DNA of 64,000 bases. Origin: an uncultured Chloroflexia bacterium (lineage in GTDB: Bacteria; Chloroflexota; Limnocylindria; Limnocylindrales; CSP1-4). The stretch spans positions 448,001 through 512,000 of the forward strand of contig CAWEYL010000001.1 of the NCBI GenBank assembly GCA_963813335.1, given 5' to 3'. This document shows, one piece after another, positions 8,537 through 18,276 of the stretch. The notes below the pieces were generated by a model. The model worked only from the letters and a program-made list of their open reading frames with translations. It did not search any database and was not told where the DNA came from. Position 1 is the stretch's first letter. Every line of letters begins with the position of its first letter. The position numbers were made by a program, and so were the translations under genes.

Positions 8537-9963
8537 CCGCGGTCCATGCGAGACTCCCCGCCGTGACCGACGTGGGACCGGGCCTCACCGCGGACGAGAT
8601 CGTGCGCCTCACCGGCGGCCGCCTGCTCAGCCGCTCCGAGCGGCCCGTCCGCGGCGGCGCCGTGGACTCCCGGGCGGTCCGGCCCGGGAACCTGTTCGTG
8701 GCCCTCCCCGGCGAGCGCACCGACGGGCATGCGTTCCTGCCCGCCGCGGTGGCCGCCGGCGCCGCGGCCCTGCTCGTCACCCGCCAGCCGTCGGAGCCGG
8801 CCGCGCTGGGCGACGTCACGGTCATCCGCGTCGCCGACGGCATCGCCGCGCTCGGCGCCGTGGCCGCCGGCTGGCGCCGCCGCTTCGACCCGCTCGTCGT
8901 CGGGATCACGGGGAGCATCGCCAAGACCTCGACCAAGGAGGCCGTCGCGGCCGTCCTCGGGCGGCGTTTCCGCACGCTCCGGAGCGCGGGGAACCAGAAC
9001 AACGAGATCGGCCTGCCGCTGACGCTCCTCGAGCTCGGCCCGGAGCACGAGGCGGTGGTGCTCGAGATGGGCATGTACATCGGCGGCGAGATCGCCGACC
9101 TGGCGGCGCTCGCCCGGCCGACGATCGGGGTGGTGACGGCCGTCCAGGCCGTCCACCTGTCCCGGATCGGCAGCCTCGAGGCGATCGAGGCCGCCAAGGG
9201 CGAGCTGGTCGAGTCCCTGCCGCCGACCGGCACGGCGATCCTCAACGCCGACGACCCGATCGTGCGCGCGATGGCGGCCCGGACCGCGGCGCGGCCGCTG
9301 ACCTACGGGTTCGCGGAGGACGCCGATGTCGGGGCCGAGGCCGTCGTCTCCGACGGCGCCGCCGGGATGCGCTTCACGCTCCGCCTCGGCGGGGAGCGCC
9401 GGCCCGCCATGACGCCGTCGCTGGGCCGCCTGTCGGTCCACAACGGGCTGGCCGCCGCCGCCGTCGGCCTGACCGCCGGCGTCCCGCCGGAGGCGATCGT
9501 CGAAGGGCTCGCCCTGGGCTGGTCGGCGCCGCACCGGATGGCCCTCGTCCGTCTTGCGGACATGACCGTGATCGACGACAGCTACAACGCCTCCCCAGGC
9601 TCCGTCACGGCCGCGCTAGAGGTCCTCGAGGACCTGCCGGGACGGTCGGTCGCGGTGCTCGGCGAGATGCTCGAGCTCGGCGAGTCGCACGAGGAAGGGC
9701 ACCGCGCGGTCGGGGACGCGGTCGGTCGGATCGCGGCGCTGCTCGTGGTGGTCGGCTCCGCCGTCGGGGGCATCGCCAGCGCGGCCGCCGATGCGGGGCT
9801 TGCCCCCGACCGGATCCATGTCGTACCGGATGCCGCGAACGCGCTGGAGGTCCTGCGTCCGAGACTCCGCGACGGCGACGTGGTGCTGGTCAAGGGCTCG
9901 CGCGGGATCGGCCTGGACGTCCTCGTCGACGCGCTGCGGACCGAGCGGGGCCTCGCCCGATGA
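8533..9963 (+). CDS. murF: UDP-MurNAc-tripeptide:D-Ala-D-Ala ligase
   Basis: GITGSIAKTSTKE, NNEIGLPLTL, DDSYNASP, LGEMLELG, KGSRG. Confidence 0.95.
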   Translation: MTAVHARLPAVTDVGPGLTADEIVRLTGGRLLSRSERPVRGGAVDSRAVRPGNLFVALPGERTDGHAFLPAAVAAGAAALLVTRQPSEPAALGDVTVIRVADGIAALGAVAAGWRRRFDPLVVGITGSIAKTSTKEAVAAVLGRRFRTLRSAGNQNNEIGLPLTLLELGPEHEAVVLEMGMYIGGEIADLAALARPTIGVVTAVQAVHLSRIGSLEAIEAAKGELVESLPPTGTAILNADDPIVRAMAARTAARPLTYGFAEDADVGAEAVVSDGAAGMRFTLRLGGERRPAMTPSLGRLSVHNGLAAAAVGLTAGVPPEAIVEGLALGWSAPHRMALVRLADMTVIDDSYNASPGSVTAALEVLEDLPGRSVAVLGEMLELGESHEEGHRAVGDAVGRIAALLVVVGSAVGGIASAAADAGLAPDRIHVVPDAANALEVLRPRLRDGDVVLVKGSRGIGLDVLVDALRTERGLAR

Positions 9964-10940
9964 CCGTCGAGCTGATCCAGGGCCTGCTGCTCGCCTTCGC
10001 CCTCGTGGTCATCCTGATGTCGCCCTACATCCGGCTGCTGCGCTGGATCGGCTTCGGCAAGCACATCCGCGAGGAGGGCCCCCAGAGCCACTACGCCAAG
10101 GAGGGCACGCCCACCATGGGCGGCCTGCTGGTCGTGCTGGTGGTCCTCGCCATCTACTTCTTCCTGAAGCAGCAGCCGGACGCCTCCACCTTCGCGCCGA
10201 TCGCCGCGCTGGCGATGGTCGGCCTGCTGGGCGCCTTCGACGACTACCTGAACGCCCGGACGGGGGAGGGCATCCGCGCCCGCCAGAAGCTGATCTGGCT
10301 GACGGTGGTCGCGTTCGTCGCCGCGTACCAGATCCAGCAGACCTACGACATCACCGCGATCGCGGTCCCGTTCATCGGCAAGGTCCCGATCGACGCCCGG
10401 GTCTACGTCCTGTTCGCCGCGTTCGCCATCGTGGCGGCCGCCAACGGCGTGAACATCACCGACGGCCTCGACGGCCTGTCCGGCGGGACGGTCGCCATCG
10501 CCTTCGTCGCGTACATGCTGATCGCGCTGCTGAACGTCCCGAACCAGGCCAACCTGGCGCTGCTGTGCGCGCTGATCATCGGCGCGCTGCTCGGGTTCCT
10601 CTGGTTCAACGTCCATCCAGCCCAGATCTTCATCGGCGACAGCGGAGCCCTGTCATTGGGCGCCACCCTGGCCGTCACCGCGCTCATCACCGGCCAGGTG
10701 CTGGTCCTGCCGCTGATCGGGATCATCTTCGTGATCGAGACCGGCTCGGTGATCCTGCAGGTCGGGTACTTCAAGCTCAGCGGCGGCAAGCGGATCTTCC
10801 GGATGAGTCCGCTCCATCACCATTTCGAGCTGGGCGGCTGGGACGAGGAGAAGATCACGATCCGGTTCTGGATCGTGGGGATCCTCGCGGCGCTCCTCGG
10901 CGTGACCCTCTTCCTCGCATCGCTGAACCGGCTGGCCTGA
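9960..10940 (+). CDS. mraY: Phospho-N-acetylmuramoyl-pentapeptide transferase
   Basis: KEGTPTMGG, NITDGLDGL, FIGDSG, PLHHHFE. Confidence 0.97.
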   Translation: MTVELIQGLLLAFALVVILMSPYIRLLRWIGFGKHIREEGPQSHYAKEGTPTMGGLLVVLVVLAIYFFLKQQPDASTFAPIAALAMVGLLGAFDDYLNARTGEGIRARQKLIWLTVVAFVAAYQIQQTYDITAIAVPFIGKVPIDARVYVLFAAFAIVAAANGVNITDGLDGLSGGTVAIAFVAYMLIALLNVPNQANLALLCALIIGALLGFLWFNVHPAQIFIGDSGALSLGATLAVTALITGQVLVLPLIGIIFVIETGSVILQVGYFKLSGGKRIFRMSPLHHHFELGGWDEEKITIRFWIVGILAALLGVTLFLASLNRLA

Positions 10941-12502
10941 TGACGATGACCGCCACCCGAACGATCGATCCGGACGCGCTCACGCTGGACGGCGTCCGGG
11001 CCGGGTCGCTCCGGGACCAGCCCGTGACGGTGCTGGGCTTCGCTCGCAGCGGCATCGCGCTGGCCCGATTCCTGGCCGATGCCGGCGCGGATGTCACGGT
11101 GTACGACGGGCGACCCGCGGCGGAGCTCGGCGCGGCGATCGAGGCGCTCGACGGACGACCGGTGCGCCTGCTGGCCGGACCGGACGTCGACCCCGCGTCC
11201 GCCTGGGGCGGGGCGGCGCTGGTGACCTCGTCCCCGGCGATCAACCCCGACTATCCGACGACCGAGCCGCGCCTCCGCGCGGCGCTCCGCGCGCTGGTCG
11301 ACGCGCGCGCCGCCGGCGACGAGACGGTGCCGGCCCTCGTGTCCGAGCCGGACCTGTTCCTGCGCCTGTGCCCGGCACCGACGATCGGGGTGACGGGGAC
11401 CAAGGGCAAGACCACGACGTCCTCGCTCGCCGCCGCCATCCTCGCGGCCGACCCCACCCATCCGGCGGTCCTCGGCGGCAACATCGGGATCCCGATCGTC
11501 GAGCGACTGCCCGAGCTCACGGCGGGCCATCGCGTCGTCTACGAGCTCTCGGAGCTCCAGCTCCCGACCCTGTCGCGCGGCACGACGGTCGCGGTCTACA
11601 CCAACGTGACCTCCGATCACCTCGACCGGCACGGCTCGCTCGAGGCATACCGGGCCACCAAGCGGCGCCTGGCCGACCTCGTGGATCCCGCCGGAGCACT
11701 GGTCCTGAACCTCGACGACCCGGTCGTCGCGGCCTACGCCGATGCGGGCCGCGCCCGGGTCGTGGCCTACGGCCAGGGCCTGCCGGTCCCGGGCGGGCTC
11801 GGCCTGCGCGACGGCTGGATCGTGGCAGACGCGGTGGAACGGCTCGCGATCGCGGGCGGCGGCACGGCCATCACCGGCCCCGAGGGTCGGATCATGCCGG
11901 TCGCGGAGCTCGCCATCCCCGGCGCCCACAACGTCTCCAACGCCCTGGCCGCGGTCGCTGTCGGGCTGCTGTTCGGCATCGAGCCGGATGCGATCCGCAC
12001 GGCCGCCGGGGCGTTCACCGGCGTCGAGCACCGGCTCGAGCCTGTCGCGACCATCGACGGGGTCCGCTTCGTCAACGACTCCCAGGGCACCCAGCCCGAC
12101 GCGGTGGTCGCGGCGCTCCGCTCGTTCGCGCCGCCGCTCGTGCTGATCGCCGGCGGCCGCGACAAGGGCGTCGACCTTTCCGGCCTCCCGCCGGTCGTGG
12201 CGGAACGCGCGGCGGCGGCGGTCCTGATCGGCGAGAGCGGCCCGCGCCTCGAGGGTGAGTTCCGCGCCGCCGGGCTGACGCGCACGGCGCGTGCCGCGAC
12301 GCTCGAGGAAGCCGTCCGCATCGCCGACGGGCTGGCCCGCGAGGCGCTCGCCGACGGCGACCGCCCCGCACCGGCGACCGTGCTCCTCAGCCCGGCCGCG
12401 GCGAGCTTCGACATGTTCGAGGACTACGCCGCCCGCGGGCGGGCCTTCAAGGCAGCCGTGGCCGCGCTCGCGGCCGAGCGAACCGAGGAGACGCCGCGAT
12501 GA
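10940..12502 (+). CDS. murD: UDP-MurNAc-L-Ala:D-Glu ligase
   Basis: LGFARSG, GVTGTKGKTTT, GGNIG, DHLDRH, EHRLE, LLSPAAASFDMF. ATG overlaps the mraY stop. Confidence 0.95.
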   Translation: MTMTATRTIDPDALTLDGVRAGSLRDQPVTVLGFARSGIALARFLADAGADVTVYDGRPAAELGAAIEALDGRPVRLLAGPDVDPASAWGGAALVTSSPAINPDYPTTEPRLRAALRALVDARAAGDETVPALVSEPDLFLRLCPAPTIGVTGTKGKTTTSSLAAAILAADPTHPAVLGGNIGIPIVERLPELTAGHRVVYELSELQLPTLSRGTTVAVYTNVTSDHLDRHGSLEAYRATKRRLADLVDPAGALVLNLDDPVVAAYADAGRARVVAYGQGLPVPGGLGLRDGWIVADAVERLAIAGGGTAITGPEGRIMPVAELAIPGAHNVSNALAAVAVGLLFGIEPDAIRTAAGAFTGVEHRLEPVATIDGVRFVNDSQGTQPDAVVAALRSFAPPLVLIAGGRDKGVDLSGLPPVVAERAAAAVLIGESGPRLEGEFRAAGLTRTARAATLEEAVRIADGLAREALADGDRPAPATVLLSPAAASFDMFEDYAARGRAFKAAVAALAAERTEETPR

Positions 12503-13821
12503 ACCTCGCCCCGCCGATCCCTCGGCTCGGCCTCCCGGGCCGCCAGCGCGAGCTCACGCCGGAGGAGCAGCGCAAGACCGCCAACCGCCAGCCTGCCCGG
12601 ACGCGGACCGGGTCGGTCGTCCAGCGCGAACGGCACCAGGCCGACTACATCATCCTCGTCGTCGTGGTCGCGCTGACCGCGGTGGGCATCCTGATGGTCT
12701 ACTCGTCGTCGGCCATCCGCGGCTACCTCTCGAACGAGGACACGTTCGCCACCGTCGGCCCGCAGATCCAGTGGGCGGTCCTGGGCATCGTCGCGATGGT
12801 CGTGATGATGAAGGTCGACTACCGCTACCTGCGCCTGGTGTCGGTGCCGTTCTACATCGTCGCGGTGGGGCTCCTCATCCTCGTCTTCGTGCCCCAGTTC
12901 AACCGCGTGGTCGGGGGCTCGGCCCGCTGGCTCGAGTTGCCGGTCCTGCCGGCCATCCACCCGGCCGAGATCGCCAAGCTCGCGATGGTCATCTACCTCG
13001 CCCACTGGTTCGCCAAGCGGGGGACCCGCGTCCGCTCGTTCTGGGGCGGCACGCTGGCGTTCATGATCATCGTCGCCCCGATCGTGGCGCTGGTCTTCAA
13101 GGAGCCGGACCTCGGGACGACCATGGTCATCGGCCTGACCGCGCTGACGATGTTCTTCGTCGCGGGCGCCAACCTCGTGCATCTCGGCACCATGGTCCTC
13201 GCGGCGCTCCCGGTGGTGGTGCTCGTCGGCCTGCGCGGCTACCAGCTGACGCGGATCCGCTCCTGGCTGGACCCCTGGTCCGACCAGCTGGGCACGGGCT
13301 TCCACACGATCCAGGGCCTGCTCGCGCTCGGCGTCGGCGGGCTGTTCGGGACGGGCCTCGGGGCGAGCGTGGTCTCGGTGCCGAACGCGTTCAACGACTT
13401 CGTCTTCGCGGAGGTCGGCCAGGAGTTCGGCCTGCTGGGCGCCGGCATCGTCGTGGTCCTCTTCCTCGCGCTCGCCTACTCGGGGATGCGGGTGGCGCTG
13501 GCCGCACCTGATACCTTCGGTGCGCTCCTCGCCGCCGGGATCACCGCCTGGCTGTGCATCCAGGCGTTCATCAACATCGGGGTCGTGGTCGCCCTCTTCC
13601 CGATCACCGGCATCACCCTGCCATTCGTGAGCGCCGGCGGCTCATCGCTCATCATCAGCTTCGCCGCGGTCGGGATCCTCCTCTCGATCTCGCGCGAGAC
13701 CGTCGAAAAGGGGACATGGAACGACGATGCGATCGCTGATCGTGGGCGGCGGGACGGGCGGACACATCTACCCGGCTCTGGCCGTCGCCAGATCGCTCCG
13801 CGGCCGTCCGGACGCTCCTGA
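12499..13821 (+). CDS. ftsW: SEDS peptidoglycan polymerase FtsW
   Basis: GSARW, PAEIAK, EPDLGT, DFVFA..EFG, GITLPFVSAGGSS. Confidence 0.94.
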   Translation: MNLAPPIPRLGLPGRQRELTPEEQRKTANRQPARTRTGSVVQRERHQADYIILVVVVALTAVGILMVYSSSAIRGYLSNEDTFATVGPQIQWAVLGIVAMVVMMKVDYRYLRLVSVPFYIVAVGLLILVFVPQFNRVVGGSARWLELPVLPAIHPAEIAKLAMVIYLAHWFAKRGTRVRSFWGGTLAFMIIVAPIVALVFKEPDLGTTMVIGLTALTMFFVAGANLVHLGTMVLAALPVVVLVGLRGYQLTRIRSWLDPWSDQLGTGFHTIQGLLALGVGGLFGTGLGASVVSVPNAFNDFVFAEVGQEFGLLGAGIVVVLFLALAYSGMRVALAAPDTFGALLAAGITAWLCIQAFINIGVVVALFPITGITLPFVSAGGSSLIISFAAVGILLSISRETVEKGTWNDDAIADRGRRDGRTHLPGSGRRQIAPRPSGRS

Positions 13822-14887
13822 GCTGCGCTGGCTGGGTGGCCACCGCGGTCTCGAAGCGACCCTCGTCCCGCCGTCGGGCATCCCCATGCGCCGGCTCGCG
13901 GCGCGCTCGCTGCGCACGACCGGACGCGACGTCCACGCGCTGCTCGACCCCATCCGCCTCGGCGTCTCGGTGCCGCAGGCGACCGCGCTGCTCACGGCCG
14001 AGCGCCCCGCGGTCATCTTCACGACCGGCGGCTACGTGGCGATCCCGGTGATCATCGCGGCGGCCGGCCTGCGCATCCCGGTGGTCATGTGGGACGGCAA
14101 CGTCATCCCCGGCCGCTCGGTCCGCTCGACGGCCCGTCTCGCGACGGCGCTGGCGGTGTCGTTCGAGGCGACCTGCGCCGCCCTCCACGGCCCCGCGCCC
14201 AGGGTGCCCTGCTACCTCACCGGGACGCCGATCCGCGATACCCGCGACGTGGACCGCCAGGCGGCCCGCGAGCAGCTCGACGTGCCCGCCGGCGAGCGGG
14301 TCCTGCTGGTCTTCGGCGGGTCGCAGGCGGTCCGTCGCTTCAACGCCGCGGTCTCGGGCGCGATCGCGCGGCTCGTGCAGCGCGTCACGGTGATCCACGT
14401 GACCGGCGACGAGGCGTACGCGGCCGCCCTGGCCGACCGCGAGGCGCTGCCCGCCGACCGTCGCGCCCGCTACCGTCCCTATCCGTTCCTGCGCGAGGAG
14501 ATGCTGGCGGCGCTGGCCGCGGCCGACCTCGTGGTCGGCCGGGCCGGCTCGTCCACCCTCGCCGAGGTCGCCGCGCTGGGCGTCCCGATGATCGTGGTCC
14601 CGTACCCGCACGCCGCGGGCCACCAGCGCGCGAACGCGCGGGTCCTCGTGGACGCGGGGGCGGCCCGGGTGATCGACGATGAGGCCTTCGATGCGGACGC
14701 GCTCGTGGACGCGGCCGGGATCCTCGACGACCCGGCCCGCCACCTCGCGATGTCGGCCGCGGCCCGCGGCCTGGGGCGGCCGGCGGCCGCCGACGCGGTC
14801 GCCGACCTGGTGATGGCCGCGGCGGAGCGCCGGCCCCTGCCGGATCGCGACGCCATCGACCGGCGCTCGCGCGGGGTGGCCCCGTGA
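13727..14887 (+). CDS. murG: Lipid II GlcNAc transferase
   Basis: GGGTGGHIYP, GGSQA, RAGSSTLAE, HQRANA. Confidence 0.95.
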   Translation: MRSLIVGGGTGGHIYPALAVARSLRGRPDAPELRWLGGHRGLEATLVPPSGIPMRRLAARSLRTTGRDVHALLDPIRLGVSVPQATALLTAERPAVIFTTGGYVAIPVIIAAAGLRIPVVMWDGNVIPGRSVRSTARLATALAVSFEATCAALHGPAPRVPCYLTGTPIRDTRDVDRQAAREQLDVPAGERVLLVFGGSQAVRRFNAAVSGAIARLVQRVTVIHVTGDEAYAAALADREALPADRRARYRPYPFLREEMLAALAAADLVVGRAGSSTLAEVAALGVPMIVVPYPHAAGHQRANARVLVDAGAARVIDDEAFDADALVDAAGILDDPARHLAMSAAARGLGRPAAADAVADLVMAAAERRPLPDRDAIDRRSRGVAP

Positions 14888-15837
14888 TCGCGGCCTTCGA
14901 CGCCGTCGCGATCGGCACCGAGATCCAGCGCCGGATCGGCGTCAAGACCTCGCGCGACGAGCCGCTCGGGCGGTTCACCACGATGCGCGTCGGCGGACCG
15001 GCGGACCTGTTCGTGACGCCGCACAACCGGTTCGAGCTGCGCAAGCTCGTCCAGTTCGCGCGGAGCCGCGACCTGCCGCACTTCCTGCTGGGGCGGGGGA
15101 GCGACCTGGTCATCGCCGACGCGGGCATCCGCGGCCTCGTCATCCAGGTCCGCGCCGAGGGCATCCGCGTCGACGGGGAGCGGCTCATCGCCGAGGCCGG
15201 CGTCCAGATGGCCCGCGTCGCGACCGAGGCGCAGAAGGCCGGGCTCACCGGGCTGGAGTTCGGGCTGGCGATCCCGGGCACCGTCGGCGGTGCGGTCTGG
15301 GCGAACGCGGGCGCGCACGACGGGGACGTCGCCGGCGTCCTCGAGTCGGCCGGGGTGCTGGCCGCGGACGGCACCGAGGGCTCGCTCGGCGGGGCGGAGC
15401 TCGGGTTCGGCTACCGCGACAGCCGGTTCAAGCACGTCGCGCCGGGCGCCCCGCCCGAGCTCGTCATGGACGCGACGTTCCACCTCGCGCCGGCCGACCC
15501 GGCCGCCATCGCCGCGAGTCTCGACGAGATCCGGACCTGGCGGCGGACCCACCAGCCGCTCGGGATCCCGTCGGCCGGGAGCGTGTTCCGCAACCCGGCG
15601 GGCGATTCCGCCGGCCGCCTGATCGAGGCCGCCGGACTCAAGGGCCTGCGGGTCGGCGGGGCCGCCGTGTCCGAGAAGCATGCCAACTTCATCGTCAACG
15701 ACCAGCGCGGGAGCGCGGCCGACGTCCGCCGTCTGATGGAGCGCGTCCGCGCCGTCGTGGCGGAGCGCGCCGGGGTCATGCTCGAGCCGGAGATCGAGTT
15801 CGTGGGCGACTGGCGCGACTGGGAGCCGGCACCGTGA
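14884..15837 (+). CDS. murB: UDP-N-acetylenolpyruvoylglucosamine reductase
   Basis: TTMRVGGPA, IPGTVGGAVWANAGA, SAGSVFRNP, SEKHANF. Confidence 0.96.
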   Translation: MIAAFDAVAIGTEIQRRIGVKTSRDEPLGRFTTMRVGGPADLFVTPHNRFELRKLVQFARSRDLPHFLLGRGSDLVIADAGIRGLVIQVRAEGIRVDGERLIAEAGVQMARVATEAQKAGLTGLEFGLAIPGTVGGAVWANAGAHDGDVAGVLESAGVLAADGTEGSLGGAELGFGYRDSRFKHVAPGAPPELVMDATFHLAPADPAAIAASLDEIRTWRRTHQPLGIPSAGSVFRNPAGDSAGRLIEAAGLKGLRVGGAAVSEKHANFIVNDQRGSAADVRRLMERVRAVVAERAGVMLEPEIEFVGDWRDWEPAP

Positions 15838-16949
15838 GCGACCCTCGGGTCCCGGTCGTCGTACTGCTCGGCGGCCCGTCGGCCGAGCACGACGTCTCGA
15901 TCGTGTCCGGCACGGCGGTCGCCGGCGCGCTGGCGGGGCTGGGCCACCCCGTGCGCCAGGTGCTGATCGATCTCGACGGCGGCTGGTGGTGGCTGCCTCG
16001 GGACCACGCCCGGGGCGACCGGCCGGCCGCGGCCTACGACGACCCGGCCGCGCTCGGTGGCGACGGCCCACTGACCGCGGGTGCGGCGATCGACCGGCTC
16101 GCCGGCGAGGCGCCGTCACCCGTCGTCTTCATCGCCCTCCACGGCCCGTTCGGCGAGGACGGCACCGTCCAGGCGATGCTCGGCGCGGCGGGACTCACCT
16201 ACACGGGCGCCGGCGTGGCAGCCTCGGCGCTCGGCATGGACAAGCGGCTGTTCAAGCGGATGTGCCGCGGCCTGGGCCTGCCGATCGTCGACTGGCGGGA
16301 GGTCAGTGCCGCGCGCTGGCGGACCGACCCCGCGGCCGTCACGGCCGAGCTCGCCGCGTTCGCGACCGGGGCGTCGGACCCGCGCCTGATGGTCAAGCCG
16401 TCGGGGCTCGGGTCGTCGGTCGGGATGACCCTGGTCCACGACCCGGCCGAACTCCCCGCCGCGCTCGAGCTCGCGTTCCGCTACGACACCCACGCCCTGG
16501 CCGAGACCTACCTCGCGGGCGCGCGCGACCTCGAGGTCGCGGTCCTCGGCAACGATGTGCTGGAGCTGTACGGCCCCGGCGAGATCGTCTCTGGCCACGA
16601 GTTCTACGACTACGCCGCGAAGTACACGCCGGGCCTGTCCGAGACCTCGACCGCGGCCGAGGTCGGCGCGGCCCAGCAGGCGACGATCCTCAAGCTCGCG
16701 CGCGACACCTACCGGGCGATCGGCTGCGAGGGGTTCGCCCGGGTCGACTTCCTCGTGGCGGGCGAGCGGATCTACGTCTCGGAGATCAACACGATCCCCG
16801 GCTTCACGCCGATCAGCCTCTTCCCGACGATGCCGTCGAGCGGCGGCTATGCGTTCGCGGACGTCTGCGAGCGCGTGGTCGTGCTCGCCCAGGAGCGTGC
16901 CGCCGCCGGCGTCGCGGCCCATCTCACCGGAGCGGACCTGCCGCGATGA
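15834..16949 (+). CDS. ddl: D-alanine--D-alanine ligase
   Basis: GGPSAEHDVS, LHGPFGEDG, GSSVG, YDYAAKY, EINTIPG. Confidence 0.96.
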   Translation: MSDPRVPVVVLLGGPSAEHDVSIVSGTAVAGALAGLGHPVRQVLIDLDGGWWWLPRDHARGDRPAAAYDDPAALGGDGPLTAGAAIDRLAGEAPSPVVFIALHGPFGEDGTVQAMLGAAGLTYTGAGVAASALGMDKRLFKRMCRGLGLPIVDWREVSAARWRTDPAAVTAELAAFATGASDPRLMVKPSGLGSSVGMTLVHDPAELPAALELAFRYDTHALAETYLAGARDLEVAVLGNDVLELYGPGEIVSGHEFYDYAAKYTPGLSETSTAAEVGAAQQATILKLARDTYRAIGCEGFARVDFLVAGERIYVSEINTIPGFTPISLFPTMPSSGGYAFADVCERVVVLAQERAAAGVAAHLTGADLPR

Positions 16950-17830
16950 GCCTCCGTCCGCCGACCCGCCGCCAGACACCGCTGGGGCCGGGCCGCCGGA
17001 CACCCCGCGTCCGGCGCGCGTCGTCGGCGCGGCTCACGCCCATCCGCGCCGGGGCGGCCCTGGTCATGCTCGCCAGCATCGGGGCCATCTACGGCGTCTC
17101 GTCGTCGAGCGCCTTCGACTACGCCCGCGTGCGGCTCACCGAGGCACCCGCCTGGACCGATCCGGCCGCGGTGGAAGCCGCGCTCGCCGGCGCCCGCGGC
17201 CAGAACCTGTTCCGCATCGCCACCGGCCCGCTCGAGACGGCGCTGGAGCAGCTGCCGACCGTGGAGCGCGCCCGGATCGGCGTGGAGTTCCCGGACACCC
17301 TGGCCGTCACCCTCACCGAGCGCAAGCCGATCCTCATCTGGAAGGTCGGCGACCTGCAGTTCCTCGTCGACGGCGACGGCAAGCTCTTCGCCAAGGTCCC
17401 GGACGTGCCCGGGGCGGCCACCGCCGGGCTGCCCGTCATCGACGACCGCCGGTCCGCCTCCGCCGGCCTGATCAGCGGCAGCACCCTCGACCCGATCGAT
17501 CTCGACGCCGCGACCCGGCTCGCGTCGCTGGTCCCCGCCGACGTGGGCAGCGAGGCGTCGGCGATGTCGATCGTCCTGACCGACGAGAACGGCTTCCTGC
17601 TCCGCTCGAGCCCGACCGGCTGGACCGCCGTGTTCGGCATCTACACCCCCACGATCCGCACGCCGGAGCTCATCCCGGAGCAGGTCCGCCTCCTGCGCAG
17701 CCTGCTCGCGGGGCGCGAGAGCACCATCGACCGGGTGATCCTCGCCTCGGGTACCGAGGGCACCTACGTCCCCAAGCCGACCCCGACGCCGAGCCCGTCG
17801 GCCAGGCCGTCGCCGTCGGCCGCCGGGTGA
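16946..17830 (+). CDS. ftsQ: Cell division protein FtsQ/DivIB
   Basis: Basic N-terminus, TM helix, POTRA-like segment LEQLPTVERARI..FPDTLAVTLTER; follows ddl. Confidence 0.85.
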   Translation: MSLRPPTRRQTPLGPGRRTPRVRRASSARLTPIRAGAALVMLASIGAIYGVSSSSAFDYARVRLTEAPAWTDPAAVEAALAGARGQNLFRIATGPLETALEQLPTVERARIGVEFPDTLAVTLTERKPILIWKVGDLQFLVDGDGKLFAKVPDVPGAATAGLPVIDDRRSASAGLISGSTLDPIDLDAATRLASLVPADVGSEASAMSIVLTDENGFLLRSSPTGWTAVFGIYTPTIRTPELIPEQVRLLRSLLAGRESTIDRVILASGTEGTYVPKPTPTPSPSARPSPSAAG

Positions 17831-17921
17831 GCGGCCGACCCGCGGTTGCGCGGACGGTTGCCGCGCCCGCTGGCGGTCGGGTAGCCTTGCCGAAACCCAC
17901 CGGATCGAGGACGACGACGGC

Positions 17922-18245
17922 GTGCTGCTTCCCCTGCTCGGGCTCCTCGTGGGCGTCCTGGCGGGCCTCGTCCTCAACGTCAACGTCAGCTTCGAGCTCA
18001 GCCGGTACTCTGCGGTCGCGATCCTCGCCGCCCTGGACTCCGTGCTCGGGGCGGTCCGTGCAGAGCTCGACGGGGTCTACGACAATCAAATCTTCGTCAG
18101 CGGGTTCCTGGTCAATGCGATCATCGCCGTGCTCCTCACCTTCGTCGGCGACCGGCTCGGCCTGGATCTCTACCTCGTAGCGCTCATCACCTTCGGCCTG
18201 CGCATCTTCAACAACGTGGCGCTCATCCGGCGACACTTCCTCTAG
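17922..18245 (+). CDS. sbp: Small basic protein (DUF1290)
   Basis: YSAVAILAALDSVLGAVRA, GDRLGLDLY, RIFNNVALIRR; lies before ftsA as in Bacillus. Confidence 0.9.
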   Translation: MLLPLLGLLVGVLAGLVLNVNVSFELSRYSAVAILAALDSVLGAVRAELDGVYDNQIFVSGFLVNAIIAVLLTFVGDRLGLDLYLVALITFGLRIFNNVALIRRHFL

Positions 18246-18276
18246 ATCGACAGCACGGACGGGAGAGACGGACAAG

